Below are positions 1 through 15,600 of a stretch of 64,000 bases of DNA, piece by piece. The notes beneath the pieces were generated by a model that saw only the letters and a list, made by a program, of their open reading frames with translations, was not told the DNA's origin and did not search any database. Source of the stretch: Antedon mediterranea (lineage: Eukaryota; Animalia; Echinodermata); NCBI RefSeq assembly GCF_964355755.1, contig NC_092671.1, positions 17,670,001 through 17,734,000 of the forward strand. The letters run 5' to 3'. Numbering within the stretch: the first letter of the stretch is position 1; the number at the start of each line of letters is the position of its first letter. The translations under genes and the position numbers were made by a program.

Positions 1-3000
1 CTTTTCTTCTGATTTTCTATATATCTGTTTTATTTTTAATTCAAAACTTGTTGCTTTTAATTTGAAGTACATAGAGGAAGTCCAAATTTATTATTAATAT
101 TATAATTAGTTTTGTAACTACTAACTGTTTGTTTTTTTATAATTTTAAAATAAAAATAAAGGATATATTTTCTTTATCAAATTGAATAAAAATAAAATTA
201 TACTCAAAATATTATGGAGATTTAGATCGCAAAATTAGAGGGCTTTATGGCATGTCCGTTATACAGTGATTACACAAGATATCTTATACACTACTAATTA
301 TGCTAATAACCCTGCCCACATGTAGATATCAAACAGTCACGTAAGTTTATATCAATATATATTCATCTTGCATAAAGCATAGGATCTTTTTGATCATTGT
401 TGAAATTAATTGATGGCTTAATGACTAGCCAGCCTGTCCTTCATAGCAAGAAAAACGGGACGATTATTACCTTCTCAGGCATGAATAGAAAATCACATCC
501 TTTTGCTTTGTAGACTTTTTTTTGTTTAAATGGAATTATAAAGGGTTTTAAAAGTTAAAAGCTGGTGTGATTATCTGGAATTTGTTTAAGTACTGATACA
601 ATACGTAGCTTACTGTTAGTTACCTTGACTTAGTATTAGATACCTCCATGGTATTAGTCAACCTCAGTTATAATCCTGAAATGTAGTATAAATAGTGTAC
701 CGCCCTCTATTTTATGAAAACTTTTATCACCGAGATCAGTGAAGTAGGAATTAGGTTGTTTCTATTGGTTGGTTGTTTAGTGCCTTGGTCATTTGCTCTA
801 TTGATTGGTTGATGAAGATGTTGCTTGTTGTTGATTGGTTGTTAAGTAAATATCAACCAAGCTTAATTGGTTTGTTGGTCAGATGATTTGTTTAGTGTTG
901 GTTGCTCAGTCACCTGATTAGATGATCATCATGTGATTTGACTTAAAGTGATTCTATTTGATATAAGCTTTTACATAATTAAATTCACGAAATCTTTAAA
1001 AATAAAATTATAATATATTATATATAAGTTCAAGAACTTATTTAGACAACTTTTTTGATTTAAAATGGACATTTGGAATTTGAAAAAAACTGTAATAGCC
1101 TGTATATAGGCAACCTTATAGTAATAATGGGTTAAGAATGTTGTTGCAAAGGCCTTGACATTGTAGTGTCAGCCTCATGTTTATGAATGTAAACTTCCTT
1201 CTTTTTATGAATTTTAAAGAAAATCAATATATAGCCTGATGGGTAGACTTAATTCAAATGATATGTATTAGTCTCAACGATAGTAGACAATGTCTTGTAT
1301 GAGTCAAAGATGCTCTCCAGGTGAAATAGCATCCTGAGATGAGTGTGAATCTTATTGCACTTAAGTCACTCATTTTTTTTTATCTAAATGTAATTAATTT
1401 TCTGTGGACCAGAGATTACAAAATAAAAGATTAAATGAATGAATTTTTGAGTTATTGGTGGTGAAACCAAACAAAGCATGTAATGCAATCACCAATACAT
1501 TCTGTTCCAAGTCCACCCCTATTATACAACAATTTCAAGATAGAGGGCACTATATCTATAATAAAACAATTTTGCAGTCCTTGCTTTGAAAAATACCTGA
1601 AGATAAAGTTGTTTTGTTTCATTCTATTTAATTCAGTTTTGCAATTATGTATTTGTTATCTACTGTAAAGCTCTCTTTTATTTCCTGATATTTCACAATG
1701 ACAAACACTGAAAACAAAGGGGATTCACCATTATACAATTATCATCAATAAAGATAAATCGAGAATATCAGTTTTATACTATCTTTGCTATATTAAGAAA
1801 TTGTAGGTGAAATAACAACTTATATAACCAACTATTTTAATTAATTACCTATATTAAAGGTCACTAGAAGTGAATAGAGGAAGTATTTGATTGATTTTCT
1901 TTTCCTACGTATAATAATGAGATGATTAGATTTGAGATAATAGTTTGACAGTTAAAGAACTTCCTAATATCCAGCGTGTTTGCTTTTTTATTGATACACA
2001 AGAAGAAGCATGATTATGTTCCTCCCCTGAGTTTATAGCCTCTCTACCCAGACATGGACACAAACAAAATAAAACAACAATAACCACTTTTTCATAAAGT
2101 ATGTTTTTTTTAATCAATTTTTTCATTTTATTGCCATCTATATATTTTAACTAATTGTATTTAAAAAATGTAAATGAGGTTTCTTTTTAACATCAAAATA
2201 ATCTTAGCTTATGTATATACTGTTTCAAAGATATGTATTTTTTTAGCAACCTTATAAATACGAGAAATATATAAATGTGCATATATACATATATTATTAT
2301 ATTTATAACAGAGAACTATAATAAAAGTGGGACGAACCCACACAAGACAAAAAAAAAAGTATGATTATAAAAAAATAACTTAAAGTAAATTAACAATTAT
2401 CTTATCACCCCTGAATTGGTACTTAACAGACTTTTTCTCACAGAATAAGTTTATAAAAAAGCGTTATATTTCATAGTTATCTATATTAATAATATGTCAG
2501 TATTATAAAATATGTTTTTCTGAAGTAATGCCTTTGAATATTTCTATATTAGTTTCGGCATACATAAGTACATTTAACACTCGTTCATGAAACGAGGGCA
2601 ATTTGTTCACAAATAGTATGGTTACCATTAGTATCAAGTTTTAATTATGAAAACCGTTGGTGAAGATACGCTACAGGCGTTTATATGAGGTTGATTTTCA
2701 GTTCAAATTCTTTTAGTAATGTGTAAGTGGTTTAATATATTAGGCCCATACTTCATATGTAGGTCTGTGACTAATATAGAATGCCATATTTTGTAATTTT
2801 AATTATATACAACAAATTATTATTAAAGCGTATATTTTGTTATCAGCCTTGTATCATCCTTCATATCTCAATGATATTCACAAGAAATAGTTTAATAAAT
2901 GATATATTATAAATGTACATTTTATCTGTAACTTACTACTACTTCTGTACAAACTACCTTTCATGTGATTATTTAATTAAGATATTGGAATAAATTATTC

Positions 3001-3899
3001 TCTCTGAAACTATGCTGCTTCTTATTATGTTTCATAATGTGTTAGTGTGCATGTTTTCTCTTATGAAAGATTGGAGGATACAGATCATAGAGGGCCACCA
3101 GGGGAATTAGGCAGTGAAATTGTTGGTAAACCAACTAGTTTGACAAGCTGGATTTTTCCTTTTTTTCCCAAAAGAGACAACATTTGTCATGGGACAGACC
3201 ATCACTCATGTTGCTGGTGTCTACCTTGAAATTGGGCACAATGGGAAAAATTGGATTCATTCTAACCTTCCAAACCTTCCTAGCTATAGGTTTATATATG
3301 TAAAAGAGGATATAAAATATGTAATACTAAAAATGTGTTTATAGTTGTTTTGTTGCATGTGCAAGTCTCATTGAATGGCAGCTTTAGAAAAAGTCCTCAA
3401 TATCCATGTGCAACAGAGATCAAATTGATACAACCCTCCTCTTGAACGAAACACAATGCATTAACTCAAAAGGAATGCTTAGCTTCATGTTATATAAAAT
3501 GAAATTTGTGAAAAACGCTTTCAGGAGTTTATTTATCACTCAGATTCTTATAACATTCAACTGTCTGTAGACAGAAAAGTATCTATTTCAGAAATTAATG
3601 AATATGCAACAAAAGAATTACCACTACTTAAGTAGCATTTTGATAACAATATGATATAATATAGTATTAATATTAGATATTATCTGCAAAATTCTGAGAT
3701 ATTAAAATATTATTAACTAATTATACTTAATAATACGGTCAGTCACATGATGACCGTCTTTAGAGGGCGAGGCTGTTTTTCCATAATCTACCATATACTT
3801 AAGAGTTATTTAAAAGTTAGTGTGGCTAGGCCATATGGGCAATTAACCACTAGGGTGAGGTAGTTGAAGCACCACATCAACAACTATTAAGTACTTTCA

Positions 3900-4057
3900 A
3901 GCTCTGTCTACACTATCAAACTTTATATGACAAAAAATGTGATGCCCAAATATGGACATGATGATGTCATATCACTACCATATTTAAGCATATCACTACC
4001 ATATTTGGGCACATCACAGTTTTTTTGTCAAACTTGTTTGATATTGTAGACAGAGCT
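3900..4057. mobile_element. Palindromic MITE, PIF/Harbinger-like
   Basis: TIRs AGCTCTGTCTACA...TGTAGACAGAGCT; nearly whole-element hairpin; TCA/TTA flanks. Confidence 0.75.
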
Positions 4058-4554
4058 TTAGTTGGTTCTAGCGTAAGCCTATGGTTTTTGTCTTTAAGGA
4101 ATAATGCATAATGAATTAAAGCTTGCACCATGATTATAAGATTACTTTAAACCAGTTAATAACAATTTAAGTGAATGCTTGCCTAATGAACATAATAATG
4201 ATTAGGTTTGCAACGGCATCCATACTATTCTGTTTCTTTGTTTTGTCGTTGAACTTTTCAATGCGACATACTTTTAAGCTGTTAATGTTTCAAAAGTCTT
4301 TTCACGAATATTTTCCATTGATTCAAGACGAGCACTTGGGGCATTTTTAAACATTTCTTGTCTTATTATGACAATGTTCATTTCCTGCAAAATATTGCTG
4401 AAATAGCAAAATATGCAAAACAGTTGTATTTAGAAAGTAGAGGTAGGAACTATACTGTTAATTTCATTTAAAAATCAAACAAAACTGTAAAGTTTACATG
4501 CGTGACACATTCAGGCAATTTTGACCAGACTATTCATTCAAATAATCATTATTT

Positions 4555-4745
4555 TGCGTTGCAGCTAAAAGTTTCATAGCGATAACTGGTTAAATGGCAT
4601 TCTAATACCTAATCAATTGAGTGTTTTTAATCGTTATTTTCATGCTGTTACTGAAAATTTATCCGGTTTCTGCTCCCAAGAAATTGGAGTTAATTTATTC
4701 ACATGGTTAATAACTGGTAATTGATTCGCATCAGAAACAGGACCT
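4555..4745 (+). repeat. Interspersed repeat fragment, same family as 25285-25661
   Basis: Shares TTGCAGCTAAAA, GCGATAACTGGTTAAATGGC, GGAGTTAATTTATTCACA and CAGAAACAGG with the 25.5 kb copy. Confidence 0.7.
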
Positions 4746-7700
4746 AAAATATTAACTTAAAAACCTATTTTTCAAGACAATTTGATTTAAATTTAACTGC
4801 ATCTTGATTGACATGGACATATCTTGTTCATCTTTATCCATCTTTATCCATTGATACCTCCAAACAATACTATTGACACGCTTGAATTATTTTAATATAT
4901 TTTTCATATAATAGTCTGATTTATCTCGCTGAAAATGAGTGGTTTTGTATGCTGGATGCATGAACATTGAACTATCTTATTTTTAGTAATTGTTGTTTTT
5001 AAAAATTCACCGCATTTGGGTTAGCCCAAGGCTTCACAGTAGTTTTAAAGATTTGAATTCATTATATTATACTTTTTTTTATGAAGTGTACACCCCACTT
5101 AACGTTTTATTATGCGATAACAGATAGAATTGTGTGGGATAATATTGACCTGGATTTGGTGTGGTCCTACCCTGGATACAGGCACGTGTGTGTATCTGTT
5201 TATCTAGTTTTTGTGAGGCTCTGATATTGTGTATGTACACGTGTACACTTTCACTGTCTAGTTACTGGAGCCAGACGGTATTCTGTACTCCGAATTTTAG
5301 TAACTTAGGTATTTGCTTCTGTGAATTTGCATGTAGATGTGCATATGAAATTTGGATTGTAGGCTTGCAGTTCTTTATACTGTACATACACAGAATGGGA
5401 TAACTTGTTATGGCAACAAAGGCATCTTTGTATTAGGGTACTTTGAATCATTTATGATAACAGTCTACATCATCTGATATGTTATGATACCTTTAAATAA
5501 ATATGTGTACTGACCTGGGATTGTTTCACCTAGTTAACCTGGATCATATGATTGTAATTGCACCCTGCCTGCAATCAAATAGCCCTCCCCAGGTGGATCA
5601 TATGTACTGACCTGGGGATTTTTTCCATGAGTTTGCAAAGTATGTGCCAATTGTAATTAAAGGCAAGCAAATATTATAGGTAGGCATAAAACACTATAGT
5701 ACATTTTAAATGTGCAGTGAATTCTATTTAGAATATGTACCACAGTAGCATTGAATGAACCTATATAGCATCCTGCACCAGTTTAATGTGTGTTGTTATT
5801 CATTTCGGTTTAGTTACAAATTCCTTATCCCCAAATCCTTGGCATAGCATATTACTAAATTAAGGATCAAATATTTCAATTGTGTTTGTATGTTACCTAG
5901 CAACTTGTAATATAGAATCGCACTAATCCATATTCGATAGTTAATCAGTTAAATTTGTTTACAATTACAAATAATAAAGGTTCTGTTATTAAATGTCAAA
6001 TATACTGCAAAGTCAAGAACAGAGATGATGCTGAGCAAGCATGGCTTCTAATCCTCTTTTGGAAAGAGGAATCTTTAGTGCAGCTATTAAAAAGCCTACG
6101 TACTATAATAGAGTCATGAGACATCAATTAGGGGTAAACCATTGCAATTTGTAGGTTTCCCTATACCACAATGTCTTGAGCATGACTTACAGAGGCTCAG
6201 ACTGGCTTTAGATAACAAAAGGATGGAACGGAAGACCTTGTTTTCCAAATTATTGTTGCTCAGGTGTGATTTCCTTCTTTATATTAATTATTATGTTACC
6301 ATATTTTTAAGATGTTTACGTATTTTTAGAATCTGCTGGTAGTAACTGATAAAATTTCTAACAATGAACGTTTTAAACGTTTTTGCATACCTTTTTCGCG
6401 TATTACTTTAAACTTTTCAACAATTCTAGGTCCCATACGTATTACTCATTAACTAGAAAATGAACTCTTTTACCTGTTTACCTGTTTTGTTACTTGTTGT
6501 TAAGAGTTTACATTATATATGTTTAATATGGTGTGACTTGGTGGTCAAGTGTTAAAAGTGCATGGGTTCAAAGCCTGCATCAGTCTAGTTTTAAAAAGTG
6601 ATTATGTACAGTAAATAAGCACAGACTGCTGTGGATTATTAGTGTATGGTAAAGTGTTCCAACCAAAATGGGTTCATAACCTGTATTGCTCTATATTAAA
6701 CCTACTGTAGTGTTATTTATAATTAGGAAGCTTATTTTGCCACAAAAGTGTTCAAGTATTTCTATATTTTTCCTGATTGGCCGCCTAAACTGTTAACCAT
6801 CCCATTCTGAATGTTCAACAGTATAGATAAGCTGCTGACAATGAACTTGGCCATATACCATCAGGTCATTTTTTTAACCATCAGTTACAAGAAAGAATTA
6901 AGTGGAAATTAAGCTGTGATCCTGAAAAGAGTTGAATGACCGACACAAGAGGAAATCATATATTGATATAACAAGTTGGATATGTTTCCAGTGCTAAAGA
7001 ACTTGTAAAGGACAGCGGAAGAAATCATCATTTAAATTAAATTAAAGTTCATCTCAGAAAATGTTAAACTTTTCCATATAAAAACAAATATATTTTACAT
7101 ATACAAAAATATTTGAATGTTATTGACACAATACAATTCATTCATTATTCACTCATTTATTGAATAGTAGGGTAACATAACAGAAAAAAGTACACCAGAA
7201 AGGAATAACAACAATGTACAATAGTTGTTGTTGAATTTAACTGTAATAGTAGTATAGTGGTTTTTATGATTTATACTTTAAGACCATAATACAGTTTGAT
7301 TCATAATCTAAAAATCCAGGGTAGTGTTAAAAATATAGAAGAAAAGAAATTAATTACTCTAGCAGCTCTGGTGTGATTCAACGCTTCTTTTGTCCAACGT
7401 TAGGCTTGGCAATTCTGTGGTGACTGCCATTCATACAGTCTTTTTTTATTTCTAACCGTAAACATCTTTTCATATACTAACTATAGTGTTTAAATAATCC
7501 CCTGTTTTTATCTAGTCAAAATGATAGCATATATTGTACAAATAACAGGTCACCACCTTATTGTATTTAGTCAACCTTGGCTCCCTAGGTCTCAATTTGT
7601 TATCAATTTATATTACATTTTTAGTGATAAACACAATTTAACTACCAAGATTTAAATGGAGTACTAACTACTATTATTTTATTGCATTTTTAGTAATAAA

Positions 7701-8152
7701 AAAAATTGGGGGAGGGAATATTTTTTCTCCTACTAATATAGTAACTGTTATAAGTAGGGCCAATGTAGAGTGTAAGGATTTCTTGTATTGGATAAAGCTG
7801 TTCTAATATTTGCATTGATAAAACACAATGTAAAAATAGATAATGGATCAGAAACCAGGTTTCTACCAATCTTGCAGTAGGTTTACTGGGTTAATATTCA
7901 GACATTGGCTCAATATCATGCACTAGTATATTGTAAATGTTAATAAAGCTTTATATATTGTTTGTGTGTATTATTATTAATGTATTATACCATATGGACA
8001 ATTGTCTGAAATAAAAGTTGAATTGAAAAAAAAAAAAAAAATTATGAGTAAACGAACACAAAATATCTTGTAATCTAGAATGTGAGTGTGTATTGTTGTT
8101 ATCAATACGTCATGCCATAAGCAAAAATTGATAAATAATTATGATATAAATG

Positions 8153-8496
8153 TAGTTAACTCTCTCGATACCGAACACCTTTGGGCTAATAGGAAATATG
8201 TTACAGTCTACTCTTCTAATACCAGACTCTCTGAAAACCGAAAAAACTCCCCCACTTTTCTTGGAGTCCAAAAGGTCCAATATTCTTTTTAACCATTAAA
8301 TACACAATCGCAATACCATACTTTTCCAGAAAACAGCCTGAGGGTGTCCAGTATTGGGATACTTTACTGTATAATAAACTTGTTTGTTTTCCGAATGTGT
8401 TTTTAATGGTAAAAATGAATTTGCGTTTGGACCTCAAGAAAGGTTTTTGATGCGTTTCCAGTTTTTAGAGTCCGCTTATTGGGAAAGTTGACTGTA
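8153..8496. mobile_element. Degenerate Tc1/mariner-pogo-type MITE
   Basis: Imperfect TIRs TAGTTAACTCTCTC / GGGAAAGTTGACTG followed by TA. Confidence 0.5.
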
Positions 8497-10406
8497 TTGA
8501 ACTAGTTAATTACTCGTATTGATTTATCAATTTATTGACTTAACTAATTTTTGTCACCTTTGGCCTGGAGATATTTGGATAACCTCATTGTTGGATGTGA
8601 TGAAAATTTACCAAGGGAAATCAATTACACAAATGATCAGTGGTTGACGTAAGTAAACAGTTGACACTGTTTATTGTGATTAGTAACTAGCTTTTGATGT
8701 TTCCAAAATTATAAAATGAAAAAATTTTCTTACATAAATTTTCTTGCATTAAAAAAGCCTAAATGTTGTGCAATTTTTAAAAATTGCTTCTATGGGAAAA
8801 CAGCGTAAAACATTTACGTAGCTGAAATGCATGTACAAATAAAACAATTGACTTCACTACTGCATGATCATAAAGTGAGAAATAGTCTAGCATTTAAAAA
8901 ACAACAAAGGAGCACTTTGAAAGGTAGAAAAGAAAAAAGAAAAAGGGCTAGGGATATATTTGTGTAGAAGAGGACTTCATATGCCACTTCACCCATCTCC
9001 AACCCATCCTATTTTTCTTACTCCTTCTAAATTCTGGTTTTATGAGATTCTTTAACTTTAAACAAAAATATCATGACCCTGTGTGTAATGGTTTTTTTTT
9101 TTGCAACATAATAACATTTATCCCCACTACACAACATCCATTAAAAAATGATAGATTAATTATTAATATATTGTGAAAATAGAAGGCTGTGGAATACTTG
9201 ATATAATGCAGATCCAAAATATTCTGATTGTTTTTTTCTTCAATGCTAAACATGCTCTTAAATAATATATAAAGAATAAATCTTAATTAAGAAACCTACT
9301 ATAAGTTCAAATTATATATCAATTAAATATGTTTTCTCTATATCTTACTTCTATTGGATTTTAACATAGATGTGTTTAACCAAATATACAATTTTAGTTA
9401 TTATAATTTCAAGTAGGAGTTGTTAGTTAATAAAATTAAATTTAACTCTAGGTGCAGTTTGTTTCTACTAACTGTATTGTTTTTTATTTCAAGTTTAGTT
9501 TAACCTGGATAATAATAAACTTAATGGCTAACTGGTAAAATTGTGTGTAAACGGAGACATTTGAAGATGACAGAAACAGTTTTTTTTCACATATGGCAGT
9601 TTGATGATCATTGTACTTTTGTAATTTTATGTGTATTTTAACACATTTTATTGATATTTGTAACACAAACAAACAACTTTCCCAGCATGAGTTAATAATA
9701 AAAGTTTCATTGAATTGAATTGAATTTCTTTCAATTGGCCATCTCGGTCTTTATCATAATTATATATATATATATTATTATCATTTATTTAAAGATGCAT
9801 TGTCCCCCAAAAAAATGAAAAATAATGATTAATAAAATCAGACTTTGAATAGGCCATTTTGCATTTGTATATTATGCGACATTAAAAAGGCATAATCAAC
9901 AAAAATATTAACAAAAATTATATAACTTTAAGTATACAATTATATAATAGTTTATAAATATTTGTGAGATTGAACAAATAAAATATAAACGTAAATTATA
10001 ATTTCATTTAAAAATAGATATCTGAAAAAATTGCATAATTGCTTTTATATCATCATTTATGTTCTGACCTTCGTTAACAATGTTTAATGTAAAAATAATG
10101 TTAATACATTCTATCAATGTGTAGCAATATATTAAACAATATTAAAGCAAGAGGCAAGGTTTTAGAATAAATTGTTAAAACGTTGTAAGTATTAATAGAA
10201 ATTCTTACTGCTTCTGAGCTGCAATCAGTTTAAATTATAGCGGTTATATAACAGTTGTGGCAATGTTTGTTGCTGTCTTAATCAACTCATCTATTCTACT
10301 GTTTTTAAATACCTCAAGAATTTTGTCTTCATTCTTCTTCTTCTCATATATATCATTTACAATGAATGTAATGTTATATTATTGGAGTTTTAAAGAATAA
10401 TAAGAT

Positions 10407-10644
10407 TGTAGAACCCCCTCCTTTGGGACAGCCCTTTCTATAGGATGCCTCTATTAAGGGGACACTTTCCTGTGAAATAAACAATTATGTTTTTTAACAC
10501 TACAGCCAACCTCCATTCAGTGGACATCCCTGTTTAGGAGGACACTATTCCCTGTGAAATAAACAACATATACTATGGTGCCCTATTCAGTGGACATCCC
10601 TATTAAGGGACACATCTTTGACTCCCTAAGTAGGGTCTACTGTA
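10407..10644. mobile_element. MITE with TGTAGAACCCC...GGGTCTACTGTA ends and GGACAC subrepeats; related copies near 17010-17082, 45172-45930 and 51700-51806
   Basis: Imperfect TIRs, TA flank, recurring TAAGGGGACAC/GTGTCCC motifs. Confidence 0.6.
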
Positions 10645-12169
10645 TATCTAAATCAGTTTTAATATTAGATAAATTCAAAACAGAATGAGAAAATGTATAC
10701 TGTAAGTATAGTAGATTAACAAAGTTTGTTAATAAAGCCTTAAGTAGTAGTAATTGCACAGTTATATGTGGAGTGTGGATGGATATGTAAAAACAAAACA
10801 ACACCCTTTTTCTTAAAAGTATTCTCCATCTATATCATTCATTTATTTTTTTTTACTTCTTTCTTTGTCGGCACTACCAGAGTCATGGCACTAGAATCAC
10901 AAGTGGATCTAACACATAAATAAAGTAATAAATAAAAACACAGAATCAGTAGAAAAAAACTTATGAAATACACAAAACTTAAACATATATCATCACATCA
11001 TCTATTTATGTATTTATTCAAATCTTAATAGTAATTGGAAAACCAGTTCTGAACTTATTGGTATGATCCAGTTGATTGACCCAAACACTTAAAGTTTTTG
11101 TTTAAACGACCTACAATTCTTTTGTCCAGGAATTTGTATGTATATTTTAGAAGCTTTTTTTTAGATTAATCAAAGTATTAAAGCAAAGTGCTGTTTTCCA
11201 TTCAGGTTTTATAAAGGTGGTGGTTTCATTGTGACTAGAAGGTTGGGCATTTTACTGATGACAATACGAGGTAAATAAACAATATGAGAAAAGTTTACAT
11301 CTACAAAAACCCTGACCGTTCTTACAAAATATACATGCTATAAAATAATCATATTGATTCTTAACAACTTTTTATATAGAGTTTGCCAGGATTTTTGATA
11401 TATTTTTGTATAAATATATAATTAAATTTTCGTAGAAATGACCCCCTGTCTTGGGGACTTTCCTTAACCTTGCTGTGTTATCACTAATATATTCTTTATG
11501 TTTAACATGAAATAAGTATACCCTAAAGTAAGTATTATTCCCATAGGATATTTAGATTGAGTTTAAGTAGAAAATTCTGTAATAAAGTGTTATAATCATT
11601 TTATTGTGGATAGGGTCCATAACCTGATAAAGTCAATAAAGTTATCATAGATTGTTCAATTCAACATGATAATCATTGGACTTTCGAACAATTTGCATTT
11701 CTCTGATCAATGATATTTGTAAAAAGATCCATTCTTCCTTAGCATTAAACAAATTATTTAAAAACATTAGATTAAAATGTCTAAATTATTTTGCTATATA
11801 TCTATCTTTCCGGAACAAATAAATCGAAAGTTTATGTTTTATATCATCCAAAATAGTTTTATTTTAAAGAACAAACTATATACTTATGGCTAAGGTAAAT
11901 ATATATTGTGTTTCTCAGTTTTACTTTGAAACCTGATCCAAACGCAGTACCTGTTTTCATTTCAAATTCTAAAAGAAATACCTTTGCTAATTTTTCTATA
12001 AAAAAGAAATTTGTTGCTAATGTAGTGAATTAATTTTAGTTTGCATTAAAACAGAATTATTCGGTTTTAATGCTTTTATAACTATAACAGCCATCAGCAA
12101 TTTTATTCCTAATATATGTTATGGACATCTTTAGGTATAATATTTAAAATTAATTGACCCTGTTAGTTA

Positions 12170-12553
12170 GGAGCCTGGGGGTAATAAACGTTGAGTACCT
12201 ATTTAGGATCAATAGAGTAAGCAGGCAGGTGTATACAGTACGGATTACACGCTTGAGTGCCTGCGCACTATGACAATCAGAGTAGGTGTAACAAGGGATT
12301 GCAATCTGATTGCCGTGCTAAAGCTAAGAAAACTATAGAGCGATCCAGAGGTTGAAGTTCACCAAGTATACTCTAGTATTATTTCTATGTTGATATGAGC
12401 TTAATAGCATAGTGGTCTATAACACGGACTCAGCTGCACAGGATTTAGAATTGTTGTCGATTATATGTTACAACCATGATATAAAAGTTTTGCCAGTTGT
12501 GAATATATATATATATTTTTTTATTGAGAGTTTTATTCAGATAATTTTGCCAA
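12170..12553 (+). promoter_or_regulatory. Putative promoter / 5' UTR of EGFR exon 1A
   Basis: Locally GC-richer, non-repetitive stretch directly upstream of the signal-peptide ATG. The TSS cannot be placed from sequence. Confidence 0.35.
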
Positions 12554-12632
12554 ATGAAGGATTTTTTATTGTACATGCTATTATTAATGTGCTTTCTGAA
12601 TGGCTTTGCTAGACGTCATGGAGCAAATAAAA
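12554..12632 (+). CDS. EGFR: EGFR exon 1A, signal peptide [26 protein letters not shown]
   Basis: ATG, hydrophobic core and G-F-A cleavage-type site, then a phase-1 donor A|GTAAGA. Joining to exon 2 gives K-T-C-V-G-T (human EGFR has KKVCQGT). Confidence 0.8.
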
Positions 12633-15600
12633 GTAAGATTATTAATGTTAGGATGAAGTGTTTAGCAGTATTAGTTGACAGTGGAAGGGGGTGTAAATAC
12701 TATGCATTTTCACAATTTTGTTATATATTCTTTCCTACCTATTATTTTATTTTATACAAAAATACTGATTTATATTTAGCTTGTCTGAATAAACCTGAAT
12801 ATATTATTTTTTAATATAACCCTAAATTTAGTTTAGCAAATAGTGTTTTATCCATTTAAAATTGATCACTCTTTTTTAGCGTTTATATATTTGAAAATAT
12901 ATATTTCAGTTAAGATTACTACTTTTTTAGGTTGGTATATTGCATCATTGATTATTATATTAAGGATGATTATTACTATGTAATGATTCTAGACAGTTTA
13001 TTTATTTTCTAAAAGTATGATACATAGTATACATTATATAAAAATTTACCAAAGGAAAAATTATTTTAATAAATAAAAAAATGACCATACAAAAAAAATT
13101 AAATCACCTATTAGAATATCTGCAATGTTAATTTACGATATATTAAGTAAAATCATTTAAAAAATAAATTTGTTAGAATCTAAAAACATATACAGTAGGC
13201 CTTAGTTAATTTTTATGAATGTGATATATATTTGTCAACATTTATAAGTTTGTATAACAAATAAACCATGCATTTAATGTTGTATTTATGATAAAATTCC
13301 TCCGCACGTTTACATAAAAAGATCATCTGACCTATTTATTTCAAACATACAGTACATGTTCAAAGAACTTGTGTAATTCATAATTAATTAAACGTCATAG
13401 TAATTACTTTTATATTAAGTGTTAAGGCCCATTATCATTGTTAGAGTACCGAGTTTCAACGGCAAGTCTGTCTTGTTTTCATTGTGTTGTTATTCTAAGC
13501 GATTCCATTCTATTAATCATATGTCCACTCGGTATTAAATATATTCAATCCCTTTTAAATTCCAAAATATATTCTTCTTAATTTGACAAGAAGCTTCTAA
13601 CATTTACAACCAAAACAGAACTTCTTTGTTTTAAATTATATTTAATATATAAAAACATAAATTAGTAATAATGAGTTAATAAATTTATATACTCTGAAAG
13701 GATAAATCATTACGGATTATATAAAGTTCAGAATACAGGATTGATCAAGGATTATTTAGTGCAGGAATTTAGTTTGAAAAGTGCATGTTTCAGGTCGCTC
13801 TGTTAGATGTTGTGCGAGTAGCAAGATCATAAAATAGTATATACAGCTTAACTTGTCATTTACTATTTCCTCTGATCAATCATTTTGTATAATTGCAAAA
13901 GTTTATAGCTTTTACATTTATCTAACTTTATCCTCCAATAAAACGAATCAATCATAAAATTGGTTTTATAAAAAAGAAAATAAACCAAATTTTATTAGAT
14001 ATCGTGTTTAGCAAATCATTGATTATTTAACAGTTAGTAGACCATAGTATATTTGCCTATGGTGTCACTTTTATGATTAATAAAATGTAAAGGTTTGTTA
14101 TACTTTAGTGGTATTTATATAAGTTCTTAGGTATAGCAGATTTAAAGAACATGCGTGTCCATACCGTATATAATTTCCTATGAATTAATTGTGTGTATAG
14201 AAATAATACTAATAGGAGTTACATTGAACTGTTTAATAATCTTATAATGAATAGAGTTTTATAAGAAGATTAAAAATCCATTGAATTTTCTCCTTTTTAA
14301 GATCAGTCTAGATCCTAACTAACATTGTTTTCTCAGACTAAAAACGTGTTATTATTACAGATTTTAAAGACGGAGTAACTTTAGATTAGAAATTAAAATT
14401 CAAAATGCGCAGTTTGATTCGCTTCAACGCTCACCGCAGCGACCCTCCTACTCGTCGGGGCTTACCTCCCGGGCGGGGGTTACTACTAATAATGTATTTA
14501 ATTACTGGGGATATAGATCAATAAATCACAATTTATGACATCCAAACAAATTTGCAAACATAATTTAGTAGATAAATGTCTTATTTAGTAGACCACGCCC
14601 AATTCAATAACCCCAAAAAGTTGGTGAAGAGAACAACACAGAAGTTATTAGGACAAGAAAGTAAAATCAGTTCTAGGAAGCTAAGGAAATTATTGATACG
14701 CTAGTGATGTTATCATTTAATCCCTATGAACTTCAACATATAACTTAGGATATTTTAACCATAATTATTTCTAAATTTTAGTTCTTAGTTATTTCTCATT
14801 TTTATCAAACTTCGTTATATATTATTTATTTATTACACCAACCTAAACACCATGTGGAAAAGCTGGATTTAAAGAAATATAATATGCATATAGGTTTTAA
14901 GCTAATTTTAAGTTGGATGACATATTTTACACGAGGATTAAAACTGAAAAATATCTATAGCTTCTTAAAATGAATGTATTGACTATAGTCATTTTGTGGA
15001 GGAATGTCCTCAACATGTTAGATATAAAATGATATAAGGCAGGTAATTCCATCTGGGAATAACTGAAACTACATTTCTTTTAAATATTTTCAAAGAAGAA
15101 TTATTAATATGTTATTAATATATCATATCAATAAATCAAAATCATTTTTATCCTCTTAAATGTTATAAATCTACTTTATACAGTTTCAGATAACTTTTTA
15201 TAAGATATGATGTAATGTCATAATATATCAAGTTCAAGAAATATAAATTATTAAAACTGCATTTTTGGTAAAAAGTTTTATCTATTATCAGTTTTATATT
15301 TTAATTTTATAGTAGGCCTACATATTTTGTTATGGTAACATTTTAGTTAAAGATATACTAAAGTACTTCTATTATATTTCATTCTGTAACTGGCAGGCTT
15401 CCCGTTGTTGAGTGTGAATTTAAATAAAATAAAAAACAAAATATTAATAATATATGCAAGCCCTGTATTTTCAATGCTCTAAATATTGGTCCAATCTTAA
15501 TGACCTTTAATTTTGTTGTTTGATTTGTATCTAAACTGAAAGATTTTATTTCCTGTATTGTTTTAAGCATTCTATTTAAAATGTTGTAATATCTGTTATA

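Noticed and set aside
760-940. Cluster of ATTGG (reverse CCAAT) motifs as a promoter
   Set aside because: Looks like degenerate TGGT-rich low-complexity sequence with no adjacent exon.
5161-5403. Possible third first exon (ATG 5233 to phase-1 donor TAG|GTATTT at 5308; MYTCTLSLSSYWSQTVFCTPNFSNL)
   Set aside because: No convincing signal-peptide core, a weak donor, and the longer ORF starts at GTG just after a stop. Needs junction data.
1483-11000. Short 60-80 aa ORFs in the upstream region
   Set aside because: Compositionally biased, no domains and no consistent splice chain; expected by chance in AT-rich DNA.
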